Below, piece after piece: positions 1 through 14,280 of a stretch of DNA of 64,000 nt (the first letter of the stretch is position 1; each line of letters begins with the position of its first letter). The stretch is from the human T2T-CHM13v2.0 reference genome, Homo sapiens, in assembly GCF_009914755.1 (NCBI RefSeq), contig NC_060925.1, one strand, 5' to 3'. The notes below the pieces were generated by a model. That model worked only from the letters and a program-made list of their open reading frames with translations. It was not told where the DNA came from and ran no database searches. Both the position numbers and the translations under genes were made by a program.

Positions 1-2105
1 ATAATGGTGTATCAGATTAGTCTGCCTTGCTGCTGCATCAAGACCCAGATCAATTTATTGACTCTGCCAGAGTGGCTGGTACAGTAATTGTTACAAGAGA
101 AGAATAGAAAGTGAGAACGTGTACACATGAAAAATAAAAATGACGTTTTGTTCTCTCCTGCCCCCTCCCCCGCCTTTTTTTTCCTCATAGATCTTTATGT
201 GTTTACACAGCAGAGAGCACTTTACTTAAGTTAATCAGCTCCTTCTACATTATTAATTGTGACAGGGTGCCACATGACAGGACGAGTATTATGGGAAACA
301 TTGATCTCACTCCGATGGTGTGGACCTGAGCAGGTTTGGTATTCCTCTCCCTATCTCGCTGCTTTGGGGTCCCATCAAATCACATTTCCCTGATTGACAA
401 CACGGAATGCCTCCCATCAATACGATTGATTTTGTGAAAAGGACAAGGAACATTTTTCAACTGGAGAGAGATGAATTGTGGTTATGGGAAAGAGAGCATC
501 TCAGAAATCTTTCAGGTTAGAAGCCTAAATTGGGAACTAAGGTATTCTTGTCATCCCAAACACAAGCATAATTTGTACCCCCTGAAAAATGGTATTAGGA
601 GAAACTTATTACAAGTGAAAAATAGACTTAGTGGAGGCCAGCAATGAACCTGAGGACATAATGGCTGTTTTTAAAAGGCCACCTGCTAATTTTTTTGTGA
701 GGAATTTTTGGTTAAGTGCACATCTTTGAAAGACATTTCATTAAAGTTCAGCTTTCATGGCTTATACCTGTAGACCCTAACATAAATCCTGTGTGAACGG
801 ACAAAACTGAGTGGGTGTCATTTGTGACCTGGAAATAAAAGGTCAACCATTGAATTTATAGCTTTTTTAGTGAAAAGAACATAAAGATTCCTGCCAACTG
901 GAGTCAATCCATATTTTAATGTTTCCTAGTTAAGATTATAAAATCAAGGGATTAGGATCGTGCTGCTCAATGAAGGTCAAAAATTAAATGTGATGGGCTA
1001 AGTGTCATTCCCATGGGGCAGAAGTTAATATTTCAAAAACCATTTCTACCACTGGCAGTCAAGAAATGAATTGTCCATGATCATTAACCAAGTTAAGGGG
1101 AATCCCACTATCATTACTAAATTTAATGATGATTATTATACTAATCAACTATATTATTAAATTACTCTGCTGTTCTGTAATGTCCCCAAACAGTAATAGT
1201 GAATTGATTGCTACCAAGTAATTCTCATATACAGTTGAGAACAAGTTGAGATGCAGGATCATGGATGAAGGCCTCCTTTTGAAGAAAGAAGTTGTGGCTA
1301 TTTTATGGATAACAGTGATAACGTAGAACGTTCTTTTAAGATGAAGAGTGAGTGGCACTACAGACCTGTTATTAACTATAATTCATTAGTACATGTTTTT
1401 TAAGTACAAAAAAAGAACACGTATTTCTCTTTATTGTGTTTTTTTTTCTCTTTCAGATTTTTGTATCCTCCTCCCGATGCTTTTTTTTTTCTTTTCTTTT
1501 CTTTGGGAAAAAGAACATCTATTTTGCCAGATTCCTTTTTCCACAAATTTTTAGAGCTCTGGATACTGTCTACTTTGGATTTTTATGAAGAGGGAAGAAA
1601 GGATATTTAAATGTCTTTATATGATGACTCAGACACATGTGCCCTGTACCATTTTCAAATCCATTTTAAGATGCCAGTATTTTTCAAAAGTTTTAGAAAT
1701 TTCCTTAAAGCTGGTAATTTCCTTAAAGATTATCTACTCCAGACTCCCATCATTTTTCAGATACAACTTTAAGAATATTTTGGAATAAAGTTCATATCAT
1801 TTTAATAAAGTAGCACCTCCAAATAAGAGGGGCCAAAGCCTGGGGAACTGAAACAACTTGCAAGGCCCCAAAGCTAATCAGAGACAGAGCAGGACTGAAA
1901 TGCAGGGACCTGTTATGAGTGAAGGAAGGGACTAATGGTTTAATATGTGGCTTAGAAAATGGGTGCATGGTTTCCATTTTACAAAGGTGTTTTATAAAAG
2001 CCCAATATCATTAGACTGACTCAAACGCATTGCAATTCCAAGGAACAAATGCATGTAATTCAGAAGTTCACTTTGCAGGATTTACTTTCATAGACTGCCG
2101 TGCAG

Positions 2106-2107
<2 letters not shown>

Positions 2108-2148
<41 letters not shown>

Positions 2149-2168
2149 TGTCTGTCTGTCTGTCTGTG
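2108..2168 (+). repeat. (TG)n followed by (TCTG)n microsatellite
   Basis: Seen directly. Confidence 0.95.
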
Positions 2169-5100
2169 TAACCTGTGCTTCCGTCTATGCTCCTGGACAG
2201 CTTTTTTTTGCATATTTTCCTATCTTCTGATCTTCACAGTGCAGACAAAGGTCAAAATTCCCATCTACCTTCACAGGCAAACACTTTAAAGTGCTTCTAC
2301 ATGAGGCAGGTTGTAGGGAGGACCTTTGATTTAAAGTTCAGCATTTACATTTGTAATTTTGACTAATTTCTGTGCTAGCATTAATTAAATTGAAATTATT
2401 TAATTAGAATAAAACTGAAATTGATCATTAGGATTAATTTAACCTGATAGACTTTGTGTGCCTTTCTAGACAAATATTATGAAATATAGTGATAATGAAG
2501 TAGTGAGAGGTATAATTTCACATCTTATAATGATTTTAGTATCCAGTTGTTCTCTCTGATATCTAGATAGTGCTGAATATTGCTCTTTGTTACATCATTA
2601 CCATTTAGCTAGGGCCATGCTGTATCTCTTATTTGGCCTCTTCCCAAACATTTTTTTCCTGTCTTGAAGTCTGAAGATGTACCAAACTCCCTTCACACCA
2701 CCCCCCTGTTAACGTCATTGTTCCCTTTCCCCCACCCCCACCGTCTTCCAGGAAGGCGGTTTGCTTGGCTCATCCCTTGGGTCTTGCATTGCAGTGACCT
2801 TTGTAAGCCAAGAACTGCCGGATGAAACTCATTATGGAATTCGCTAATGCTCCTCAGCCCTGGGGTCAATACTGTCAAATCTGGACTATCCCCTCGCACC
2901 CCTTCCTGGCTGCTTGCTTTGAGTCAGAAGCAGGCACGGAATGAAGCCCTGACGAGGGATGCCAGGCACTGAGTAGGTAACTCCAAGGGAGTACAGGAGA
3001 GAAGCGTTACTCCTCCCGGTGCCAGATTCGCTTCCAGGAAATAGTTTCCCCTCTTCATCCCACACCTTCCACATAGTTTGATCAAGCAAACACGCTTCCA
3101 AAGTTGGTGCCCTCTGTTTCTTAAAGAAAATTATAGGTGAATGAAACTACTATTTTACCAGAAGAATCAGTATAAATGAAATGAGATTAGATCTGAATCT
3201 ACCTACCCACACATGAACAAGTATAAAACACTTTGAACTATCAACTATTAAATCAACTATCAAATTATTTTGTCTTCAAAACCATTAGGATCCACATGAA
3301 TAAATTAAATCCTCAGGAAAATGTGCAAACCATTTTAAGTTTCAAATTTCTCCCATTCACCATTTTGTCAGAGTTGCTTAAAAAAAAAAAAAAGTAACAT
3401 TAGCAGTTATGTTTAATAGGCTTCCTGTAGCAGCCCTTATTGGCAGGGGTCCAAAGGACAGTGGAAAATGAACCAAAGTTTGATAGATATTTATGAAAAA
3501 GAAAGAAGAAAAAATACACAAAAGAAAGAACACATGATTTTCAGTCATTTGGAATTGACTGACCAATGAGAAATTATCTCTTATGCAAATTATCTTCTTT
3601 CTGGAAATCAACCAATCAGTCCTGGCTAAAGGCTGAGAAACTTAAGATTGTAAGCCCAAATTCCACCCAATCACTGTAACTAAACTGCTGCTCCCAAAGA
3701 AACCAGTTTTATCATCCATTTCTGCAGAACGTCATCTAAATGGATTCCGCTTTCATTCATGTCCTTATCCAGTAAGAGGAAGCTTCTGATTTTTCCAGCA
3801 GAGGGTTTTATTTAGAAGCATATTCACATTTAATTTGGTTTTAGAAAACCCTTAATGTTTTTTAATATTGAGCTAGGTTGAGTTCAGGGGATTGAGAAAA
3901 AAGACTAAAAGCTTTGCATATAGCTAGCATGCTCGTGCTATTATTGAACATGCAAGAAAAGTGACGGCTCAATATTGCACTAGGTTAAGAAAAGGCCATG
4001 ATCTAGCACATGAAGATGAGGTTTCTGTCTTCCGCCAGACAGAGAGGAATCCCCTTCCCCCACCCCAACAACTCCAAAGATAAAAAAGCATCAGTTACAG
4101 TCCTGTTAGGAGACAAAACACAAATATTAGTTCATTTCATCCTCACAAGCACCATGCTAGCTAGCAAGGTGGTCTTCATCCTTTCTTAGCAGAGGTGCAA
4201 ACTGAGATCCAGATTCACCACACACTCCTAGTCCATCCACCCCCAGCCATGCAATTGCTTCTCTGAACCCCACCACCCCCACAGCAGTGCTTACTCTTGA
4301 ACTATTTATCTGACGCATCACATGTCACTCTGCAGGGATGCAGCTGCTGAATCTGGGTACTGGGAATGCCACAACCTGCAGTTTTGCCAGGTATGCTCAC
4401 CTATCAGGAAAGGACTGCTCCAGTATGAAAAGATGCTATAAAGTAACTCTTGAGCATTGCCCTGAGGTTACAGTTACTATTAGTATCATTGATTTATTAC
4501 TGCTGTACCCACTTGCTTGCTGTTATAGATAAACTCCAATTCAGAGAGAAGTTGAGAAGGAGAGTCCTTGGTGCTCTTTCTCCTGTGCCCTTTCCATTTC
4601 TGCCCATGAAGATGATGGCTGCTTTCTCTGAACTCCTTGACCCTTGCTTAGCAACAAGATTGAGTCTTAATTTCAATAAGCCAGGAAATCAGCTCTCTCC
4701 AGATTGGTTCCCTGTGGGCATCTGAGAACCCCTTCAACTCTTCCTGCTTCTAAATGAAAAATAGCCATTTCTTCCTCTCTGATGCACCTTTATTGGCTGG
4801 AAAATCCCTGAGATCTTTTTGACCTCAAAAACCTCTTAGGTTTAGGATCTCTTTTGGGCTGGGTACATTTCTCTTCATAACTTAATCTTCAAGGCAGAAA
4901 AACCATTTAAGCAAACCCTTGTTTTAATATTTGAAGAGAATCAACGTGCATTGACCATTTCCACAGAAAGCTGAAACTCATTGCACAGAAATTTTAAGTC
5001 ATGGCCATGAGATTCTAGAATCTACATCTAGAAGCCATTTTCAACTATAATGTTAACTAGAATGCCTTTTAGGGAAAATTAAGAAGCAAAGTTCTCCTGG

Positions 5101-8100
5101 CCCCTGCCCTGCCTTTCTCTCTGTCCTTCTTTGCCTCTGGAGTAGACCTGAGGAAATTTTTAATACTAACGAGAACTTGGTGCTGCGTAGCCTCTGAGTC
5201 TGAAATGCCTGAGAAAGCAGTCCAGATTCCAACTGTAAAACATTCCTTCACCAAGCCTTGGAAACTAACATACAGAGGCCGGCAGAGTTCAGAGGGAGCA
5301 CATGTAAATGAGGCTCCGTTATAAACTCCTGAGGAGTGTTTTATTTAGTTTAAACCTGAACTTGAACTTGTAAACGGTGTTCCTTGAGAACAATACAGAA
5401 AGGTTGATGCAGTAGAACAGGAAGTCACATTTTAGCTCAGACATTTTACTCCTTTAAAAGAAGGAAACTATCTTAAAGTATTTCTTAATTGAACTGTCTT
5501 CTAGAATAGCACAAATTGGCATGTCTGCAAGATTTTTGGGATTGCAGAATCAGAATGGAAGTGTATATGTATATATATCATTTGAACTTACCACCATTCT
5601 TGCAAAATAAACAATAGAATTTCCTATCCATATGGCGATTTAACAAGAGGATATTTAAAGAGCCTGTCCACATATAACAGTCATGCCATCTGTAATTGAT
5701 TTTATTAATTGATAATAAAGTGACAGTAGAGGTGTGGGACCGTTTCAAACTAGCACTGTGTGTGTGTATTGAGAGTTTGTTCCCAAATCTCAGTTGCTGG
5801 TAGAGCACTACCAAGTGGAATTTATCCGAAAACAAAGTGAGAATGATTTTGTACGCATGCTCAATTTTATAAAACACATTCTTGAATCAGTCTTCAATAA
5901 TCTTTGCTTGCGAGATCTCCATCTCAGAAGTCACTACTAAAAAGGTAAAAAATAAATTAAATTGTCTGTGTTAGAATGATATTACCTCTCTCCAAGAAGC
6001 ATAGATCCCTGACAGGGAAGCCAAGCAGCTCTGCCAATCACGTATGCTATGTACATGTCCAGGTTGTTGGTAAGGCCCTTCACGGAGACTGTCAATGCTA
6101 TAGGATCTTCACCTTGCACAAATCCCAACCGCAGCCCCATCAAGAAGCCTCCCCCTCATATCCCCTGGAAATATTTGGGAGGAATCTAATTGTTTGTAGC
6201 AACGAATATTGCTTAGTTGTAAATTTAATCTACAAATTTAGAAGGAAATAAATCTGAACATAAAAAGCATTTGCTGTTTCAGCATTAAAAAAAAAATGCT
6301 ATCATTTGAAACTGCAAACTCTCCCATGTGGGTTTGTTTTGCAAGTCACGTCTTAACAAAGACAAGTTTTGTTGCCATAAAACCCTAAATCCTACCACAT
6401 CCTCAGAAGGAGGAGAAAAGTATTGTTCACTGGTTCCGGGTTTGGGCTTTCAGGATAACACAGAGCTATGACCGCGCACAGGGAAATTGTTTGGTATTTA
6501 TCCAGAGTTGTTGGTTCAGGTGAAACCCTGACACACACATACCTCCCATCTAGATTATATCAGTGCCTCATGTAATTATGCTCCTTACATTTTAGGCCTG
6601 TGTCTGAAAGTCGTTTTGTATTTTTAACTTTATTTTTTCCCTCAAATGATGTGATAACTAGTATCCTGAGGCCTGTTTTGCAGAAAAGTTAAAGTTGGAC
6701 CCCTGACTCCCTACAAACTAGGATTTAGATCTCTGACTCCATGATCTGACTTTTTCCATAGCCAAGCTCATTCTGACCTCAATGAAAGATAGGAACAGTT
6801 TTACCTCTCCCAATATCCCATCTACCCTGTGAACGATTAGAAAAAAAAAATGATTCCTGGCACCAGTGATATCTAAAAGCAGGTGTTCCTAGAAGGTAAA
6901 GAAAGGCATAGCAACAGGATCTTGTAGTATCCTTAGAGAGATCTGGTGAAGTTCAGGCCCCTCAGCAAGCCAGTGACTGAACTGGGACTTGAACCAGGCC
7001 ACCAGACCCGCAGTCCAGTGCTTAACTATCTTTTCTCATGAATCTGAAAACGCAGATGCCACAGTTTCCTTTGCATTCTCTCCAAATGCTGCCTGTATGT
7101 CTTGTTTCTTTGGCTCACAACAGAAGCCTTCCAGGGGTTGTGGTTTGCAGCTCAAGGCCTTCTTCACTTCATCTTAATCCTTAGGGACTGTTGGTCTGCA
7201 TGGCCTGGGAGAGAGTAGGGGTCTGTCATGATTCCTGCACAGGGATTAAACACAGGTGGAGAGGGAGGGAGACACTAACTTGAGGGGTGGGAGGAGATAG
7301 AGAATGGAACTAGAAAGACCAGGAACAGTGGACAGGGGAGAATTAAAGAGGTAACGAGCAGACCTGTGCCAGGGCTTGAGCGTGGAAGTGCCTGCTGGGG
7401 TGGAGAAGTCCAAAGGTGGCAGATGCTATCCAGTGTCTGAAGGGCTTCTTGGCTGGAAAGGTTGGTTTGGGAATTCATTTCTGGCAAAAGGCCAGATCTT
7501 CTGGCATACTGTTGCAGGATGTATCTGGGAGAATTTTTGAAATAACTGGACTTTTTACTTCAATGTTATTTTCTCTCTTACTGGACTTTATCTTCCTGCA
7601 CAATCCACACTAAGGTCTCCTTGATTGATTGGCTCTCAACCTGAGTCATGTTTGGGAAGAGCAAGAGCGAGGAGGCACGGAGTAGAATGATTATTACAAT
7701 GTGGCCACGCTCTGCTGAGCTCCGGCCTCCACTCCCACGCCTCTCTTTTTAAACAAGAAAGGTTACCTCCCTGGGCCACCATTGGGCCAACCCCAAGTGT
7801 TTCTGTCTGCACTTGTTAGACAACAGGCATTTAATTAAAATTGGAATCCGATGTGTAGAAAACATACATTTTTTCATTTCATAGCTCCCCAGGAAGTCAT
7901 ATTCCCTTCCTTCCCCACTCTCCTCAACTCTCCCCCTGCCAAAAAAATTTAAAAAAAAATTGTGAAGGAAAAGATTATTTTAATGTGAAAATCAAAAATT
8001 ACAAAGGGCTAGGCTGCTTCTTCATTTTTTGCCTTTGGGGGAGACATTAGCCAATCATAAAGCCTGTATTGTGTCTTCAGACCAGGAGCCAGCTTTTTTA

Positions 8101-9344
8101 TGGCTAACTTCCCATATGGAAAAGGGTTTGTCCCATTTCAGGGCATTAAAATACAGCCTTTAATGAATTTGTAACTTAAATCTTTTATCTTGCTCTTATG
8201 CGATAGAAAGTGTGGCCTGTCTTCTGATATTTGTTGGACTTTGTGGAATCAACAAATACAAAGAAACAGATAATAAACATGAGGCCCAAGTTGAAAAATA
8301 AAGCCGCGAAACCCCGTCGCCACTGCATTTTCCGCAGCAGAGCCATCCACTGCACTGTCTGGGCTCCACCCAGAAAATCCGGCAGTGCCATCATGACCAA
8401 ATAGATAGGAACTCTGGACAATTTCATCGGGTCATTGTCCCCTTAATCTCCACGCTGCACCTCAGATCTCAAGCAGCTTCCGTGGCGCAGGCTCAATTTA
8501 ATGGATAGAATCTATTTTTCATGAAAAAGCAGGAAATAAGCTGTCTCTTTCATAAAAAGATTTACAAAATGTAATCATTGTTGAAATATTCCCTTTGAAC
8601 TGCCGTGTCCACGGGGGTCTCCGGCTCCCAGAGTCGTGCTTCATTAGAACCCCGTCATAAGCGGCTCCAGAAGGGCAGGTACGCTGGTGGTGCCCGGCTT
8701 TGATGTCTTGAATGAATGAAAGAAAAGCACAATAAAAAAGAGCTGTTGATCAAGCATAAAATACTCTTTAAGCTGACAGAATAGCAGCGTTAACACACCC
8801 TAAGCTGCTTTTAGTTTTTCCCTTTTTTCCTCACATTTTCCTGTGCTTTGTGTACAGTGGGGGTTTGTATTTTATAAGAAGTCTCTGATCTATGTAGTAT
8901 GCCATTCGCTAACAAAAACCAAAATAGGATTGTTTCTGTCCCACTTGGTTGCCTGACTACCCCCTCCCTTCCTCCCCTTTTCTCCTCACCCCCAACCTCC
9001 AAGGCGTGCAGTTTAGCCTTGCAAGGCAAGGGCCCAAATGCCTTTCATAAACTTGAGCCAATTCCTTTTGTGTTGTGGGTTTCACCGCTCTGATTTTAAT
9101 ATCGCAATTAAAGACAGATTTTTATTTTCTCAAGAACTTTCTCTTGCAACTGGGGAAATGGAATTGACGCAGCTGCTACTTTTAACTAAGAAATTATATC
9201 ATTAAATAAGAGAAAGCCGCCTTGTAGAGTGATTTGCTTTCCTGGGGACGTTGGGTCTCACGTGGACCCTAAGGCCCCAGAAACCGTTCACAGTGAGAGA
9301 ACCCAGCTACCCCTGGCTTTCTGGCTTTCTGTAGTAGCCCCTAG

Positions 9345-9510
9345 CCAGGCATTTAATCCCCACAAAAACTGATACAGTTGTTACCTCCATTTCATGGAGT
9401 CTAAAACTGAGACCTAGTGATGCTAACTTGCCTAAGATTATCTAACTAGTTCATAATGGTGCCAGGATTTTTGTCATTCGGACCCCAGAGTCCTGGCTCT
9501 TACGGCTATG
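9345..9510. mobile_element. MIR fragment (similar old MIR/L2 pieces near 4130-4250, 6940-7040, 10930-11060, 15700-15830)
   Basis: MIR-core-like text ATTTAATCCCCACAA...AAACTGAGACC...TAACTTGCCTAAGAT; highly diverged. Confidence 0.55.
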
Positions 9511-12500
9511 CACACAGCTCTCTAGTAGGATCTTGGAGCAAATGCGGTGGGCCGGAGTGCAGTTTTTAATCCAGCAGTCTTTGATTTCATGAGGTAAAAG
9601 GTTACGTGATGAAAAATGGAAAGGAAGGGAGACCAAAAGAAAAATGTACTTGGTGGTAAGAGAGACACTAGGGCAAGCTGGAATCTCGTGAAAGATTCAG
9701 ACTTTGGATGAACAGTCAGAATAATTGGATTGTGTATGCACTCTCAAGGTTTGGAGGTACTGGATGGCTTATTGGGTAAAAAGATTAGTGTTTTCCCGTC
9801 TTGAGGTCTGAACCAAACGGAGGTCTTGGCTGGGAGCAGCACAGTCATTCTCCAGGGATTGGTGGTTTGGACAACTTCTCTGAGCTTGTAGTAAGTAGGC
9901 AGCAGTCCATGTTACAAAACTATTGCACATGCTACTGACGCAGTTGGCCGCAACTGGCCCCGCTGCAACAACTCTCCCGTCGGAACTGCCTGGAGTGGCT
10001 TGTGGAGACTTGTGTCCCTCGAGGGAGAGTGTCTGTCATTTGGGGAGACATGGTCATGTGGCACGAGCATGCTAGAAGTCATCCATCCAGATGCCTTGCT
10101 TTGCCCTCATTGGGGTGACTGACACCAGGCTTTGGTAACCTCGGATACAGCTTGTTCTTCCTTCCCTCCTTTATTTATTTAACAGTATTTATTACATGCC
10201 CACCCTGGCATCCCTTAGATAGCCAGCTTGCCTGGGATGAAAACAGGTAATTAAAGTTTAGCAACTGTGACAGAGGAGAATCCTGAGGGTAAAGGCCCCA
10301 AGAAAGACCCCTCTGAAGAAGGGACATCTAATCTTAGAACCCAAGGACTAGTAAGCATTAGCAAAGCCAAGGAGTGGGACAGCCTGTGCCCAGGCCTGGC
10401 AGGGAGAAAGCATTTGGCTTTGGGGGATCCGGAAGAAGTTTAAGGCAACAAAAGTGTTGAGGACAAGTGGTGAAAAGATAAGGCCACAAAGGTGCCGGGG
10501 CCAATCCCGGCCCATTACGGTTTTAATAGTTTTCTGTACAATAAACAAGTCTTGGTTCGGAGTTACTGAAAACAGACTTTCTTTAATTAAGAAAATAAAA
10601 TCAGGCAAGAAAAATGATTACAGAGATCAAAGCCCAAGGCTGGCAGTACCAGTAACTAACACCTGTGTACAGCATGACACCCTTTTCAGAAGAAACCAGT
10701 GTAAATCACTGCTGCCTCTCATGAATACAGACTGGTCCTCACAAGACTCTGAGGGTCCCAGGACAGGGACTGGCTTGCTTGAAGTCACACTGCTGGTCAG
10801 TGGAAAAAGTGACACCAATCCTGAGTCCTTTGGACACTGGATACTGGGCATCGTTCATTGCCAGAAGTTTATAAAATCCTATTGGGAGAAAAGCAGGCTA
10901 TCTGGTATCATGAAGGGTCTAGAATCTAGCCACTGCTTCCTGATAGACAAGAAAGTCCTACAGGGCAGGGACTATATTTTACTCATTATATCCCCAGAGC
11001 CAGCATACATAGCACCTAGCACATAGAAGGCCCTTAGTGCTTGTTGGATGAGTGAATAAATGCTCCCAAATGGTTTATGCGAATGTGAGAAACTCAGAGT
11101 CCACTGAGAGACCTCATCCATTTCTATCATATTGAGATGGGCAGAAGAGACTACTGGGCTTTTGGCTGATTTGCCAAGGACAACTCATTTGGGCTAAACA
11201 GTAGGCTTTAGTCCATCCACAGAAGTGCGGGAAGCCAAAAATGACCCACTGGAGTAGTGTGAAGTAGTAGTGCAAAGCTAACACCTCCCCAAGAGAGAAT
11301 GCACAACAGCGACAGCAGCTCCTGGAGTCTTGGCTTATTGGTTGGCTGAGTCCTCTTTGGGGGCTGATGAGGAGCTGGGCCTGCAGGGTGCGGGGAGGCC
11401 AGCCTGTGTTTGCACATTTCCGTTTTATGTGTGTGAATGTCCTCAAATAACCCACCTTGCCTGCAGAAGAAAGCCAAGTGTCACACCCAGTTCTGGATTC
11501 CACATTAACAACCTCCTTCCGCAGTGTTAAACTTTGCCCTTGTTGAGGCCTTTTGTTTAAGTTTTTAATCTGAAAAACAGATTCTGCTGCATCACAGTCC
11601 ACTCTGCCCTCTGCCCCTGCCACCCCAGCACTCTCTGCTCCTTTTAGGGGTTAAAGTAAAATACAAAATACAAAAAATGTTTCTCAGACATTTTTCTTTT
11701 TCCTCTAGAATGTGCATCCTGCCCTCTTAGTAAAAAGAGGATGTAAAAAGCCTTTTAAAAAGTTGTTGCACACATTAGAGCATTTGTTGCTAACGCAGGG
11801 GTTGAGGCCATGGCCCGCATCAGCTGTGTCTTCAGCAGCCCCATGACCACATTTTGGAAGACGGCCCCTGTGTTCTGATTGCTCTCTGTGAGGCGTACGA
11901 AATGGAAGAGATTGGCACCGTCAGAGGTACCTTCTGCCATTTCAGGCTTCCTGTTTAGGATGCAGTCGGATAGATATTGTTTATGGTTCATAAAACCTGA
12001 CTACTGTGAGTATTCCAGAATCCCAGCGGAATGGGATTCGAACTTTCATGGAGCTGTAAATTAACGGGCGGCAAGTGTGATAAAACTCCTTAGAGAACTG
12101 TGAGGGGAAAAAGTCGTGCTGCAATGGTTAAATGAAATTTTATAAGCACATTCAGTGTGGAGCTGTTTTGCATTACATGAGTTGAATACCTTAGAGACGC
12201 CACATCTGCAGGCACTTTATTAAATCCTTAGTCAGCACTTTTCCAACCTGATGAGATTACTTCTTCATTTGACTGGAGAAAAGGAAAGCTGAGCTCTTGT
12301 CCTGGACTGCAGATTTCTTTTGATGTTTCACCTTGAACATTGAAAGAGGACAGTCACCCCACTTCCCTCCCCACTCCCGCTCAGCACATCCCAAACTCTA
12401 GACATTGTGAATGTTACCGACTAATTTTACGTAACTGGAGCCTTGGTGGGAGTGTGGATTTGTGGACCTCCACAACAACTATAGCTGAAAGTTTCTGAGG

Positions 12501-13068
12501 AAAAAATAGATCAAAGCTCTGTGTTTACTTAATGTAAATGTATCAAGATAACATCATCCTATATTGCATTGTAATAATGCCACTCACTGCACATAGGGAG
12601 GGAGATTCCTTTGTAGTCCATTTGGATACAGTAGGGTAGATTAAGGGGCTATAAAGTACGAAGGCAGAAAGCATATGAAACCTAAGCTTATGTCACTAAA
12701 TGTCTGAGGATAGTTTTTGTTTAATGTGTTACCATTTTCCCAGTGATTTGCTGCTCAACCCCAACGATCGAATAAGCTCAGATTTCTTTTATGTTTTTCC
12801 TATATGACCCAAGAAGAAAATATGCAGAATCATTCTTCAATTAATGTTCTAAAACTTGTACTGCTTGCATAATAGAAATTATAAGAAAATATCACAAGAG
12901 AAAAGTAGGCTTTTACAAACATTATATTGTCCATCTGGTGTTACTAGCAGCTCATGGAAGTTTCTAGGAATTGACTGGCTTACACATGTGTGACTGTCAC
13001 ACTCATCCCAATGGGATTATGAGTGTCTTTACAAACTGATTAGGAGAAAATTCAGGGAGATGTATGAA

Positions 13069-13095
13069 TTATTATTATTATTATTATTATTATTA
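13069..13095 (+). repeat. (TTA)n microsatellite
   Basis: Seen directly. Confidence 0.9.
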
Positions 13096-14249
13096 GAACT
13101 ATCTGCCATCTCTGCAAATAAATGATTTAATCAGAGACTTCAAAAAAGAAAAATTCCCTGTGTGGTTCCCCTAACCAACTTCCTATTCTGGAAAACCTTG
13201 GTCAAGTAGCTGGGTTAATTGTCATGAAGATTAGTGTGATGTTGAAATAAGTACTAATGGTCAAATTATAGGAGTGAACAAGTTTAAGAATAGGTTTTGG
13301 TTTGGGCCTGAAAGGGTTAATTAAGGTTTTTTCACGGGTTATTAAAGACCCCCAACCTCTGCCTTCAGGAGTCATATTGACACCCCACCACAGGGCAGCT
13401 CAGCCCCTCTGTTGACATGTTGCTGGTCAGAGCACAATAGCCTTCTGTGTCTGCAAATCATTGCTAAAATCATCTCAAGGAAAAAAAAGTTTGAAAGCTT
13501 TAACGTTAGACAAAAGCCCAAGAGTTGCAGCGTGCAGCCCAAAAACCTGGAGTCAGCAACTTCTATTGATTAAAAACTAACCTTTAAAGTAACTCTGAGA
13601 GTGTGTGGTTAGCATTTAAATTTAAACATGTCATGAGTTGATTTGTGTTACTGAATACCAACTCAGAAGGAGTAACATTCACATCGCATTTTTTTTTTCT
13701 AATTCCCTTAAGCAGCTAAAGTATTTCATGAAATGTCAATAGGGCAAAAAGAAAAAGAGGTGGGGGGCTGATGCTGGGCCTTGTAGTTTTCTTTCCCATG
13801 CAAATATCCACCCCCCAAAAGAAAAGTGTGCAGAGTGAAACACAATAATTAGTCCTTTGTCTAACTTTCCCAAGTGCCAGAGAAAGACAGATTAATTAAA
13901 TATACAACAATGTTGGTTTTTGGAGTGGGGGTCTTGCTTGCTGTGTAGGTCATAAATTAGGCAGAATAAATACTTCAATGTGTTTGCAGTGGGCCTGCTA
14001 CGTCAGAACCACTGGAAGGTTGGTGGGAGGAGAGCAGAGGGTTTCTTGCTAATGATAGTCACGTCTGGGTCTGTCTGGTTGCTCTTAGCAACCAGACATG
14101 ATGTAACACCAGGATGAACTTGAACTTGGGGGACTTGAAAAGAGAACAATAGACCAGAGCAATCAATAAAGCCTATTTCAGTGAAGGATTACAGAGCTGC
14201 TCTGGGGTAACCTTGTCGGCAAGGCACATACTGAATAGTAAGATGTGTG

Positions 14250-14280
<31 letters not shown>

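Noticed and set aside
10454-11026. 190-aa ORF on + (and 169-aa ORF 11114..11623 on -)
   Set aside because: Non-ATG starts, intronic, no recognisable domain; the first overlaps MIR/L2-like remnants. Lengths are compatible with chance.
11162-11177. TTGGC-TGATTT-GCCAA as an NFI site
   Set aside because: The spacer is 6 nt; NFI dimers strongly prefer 5.
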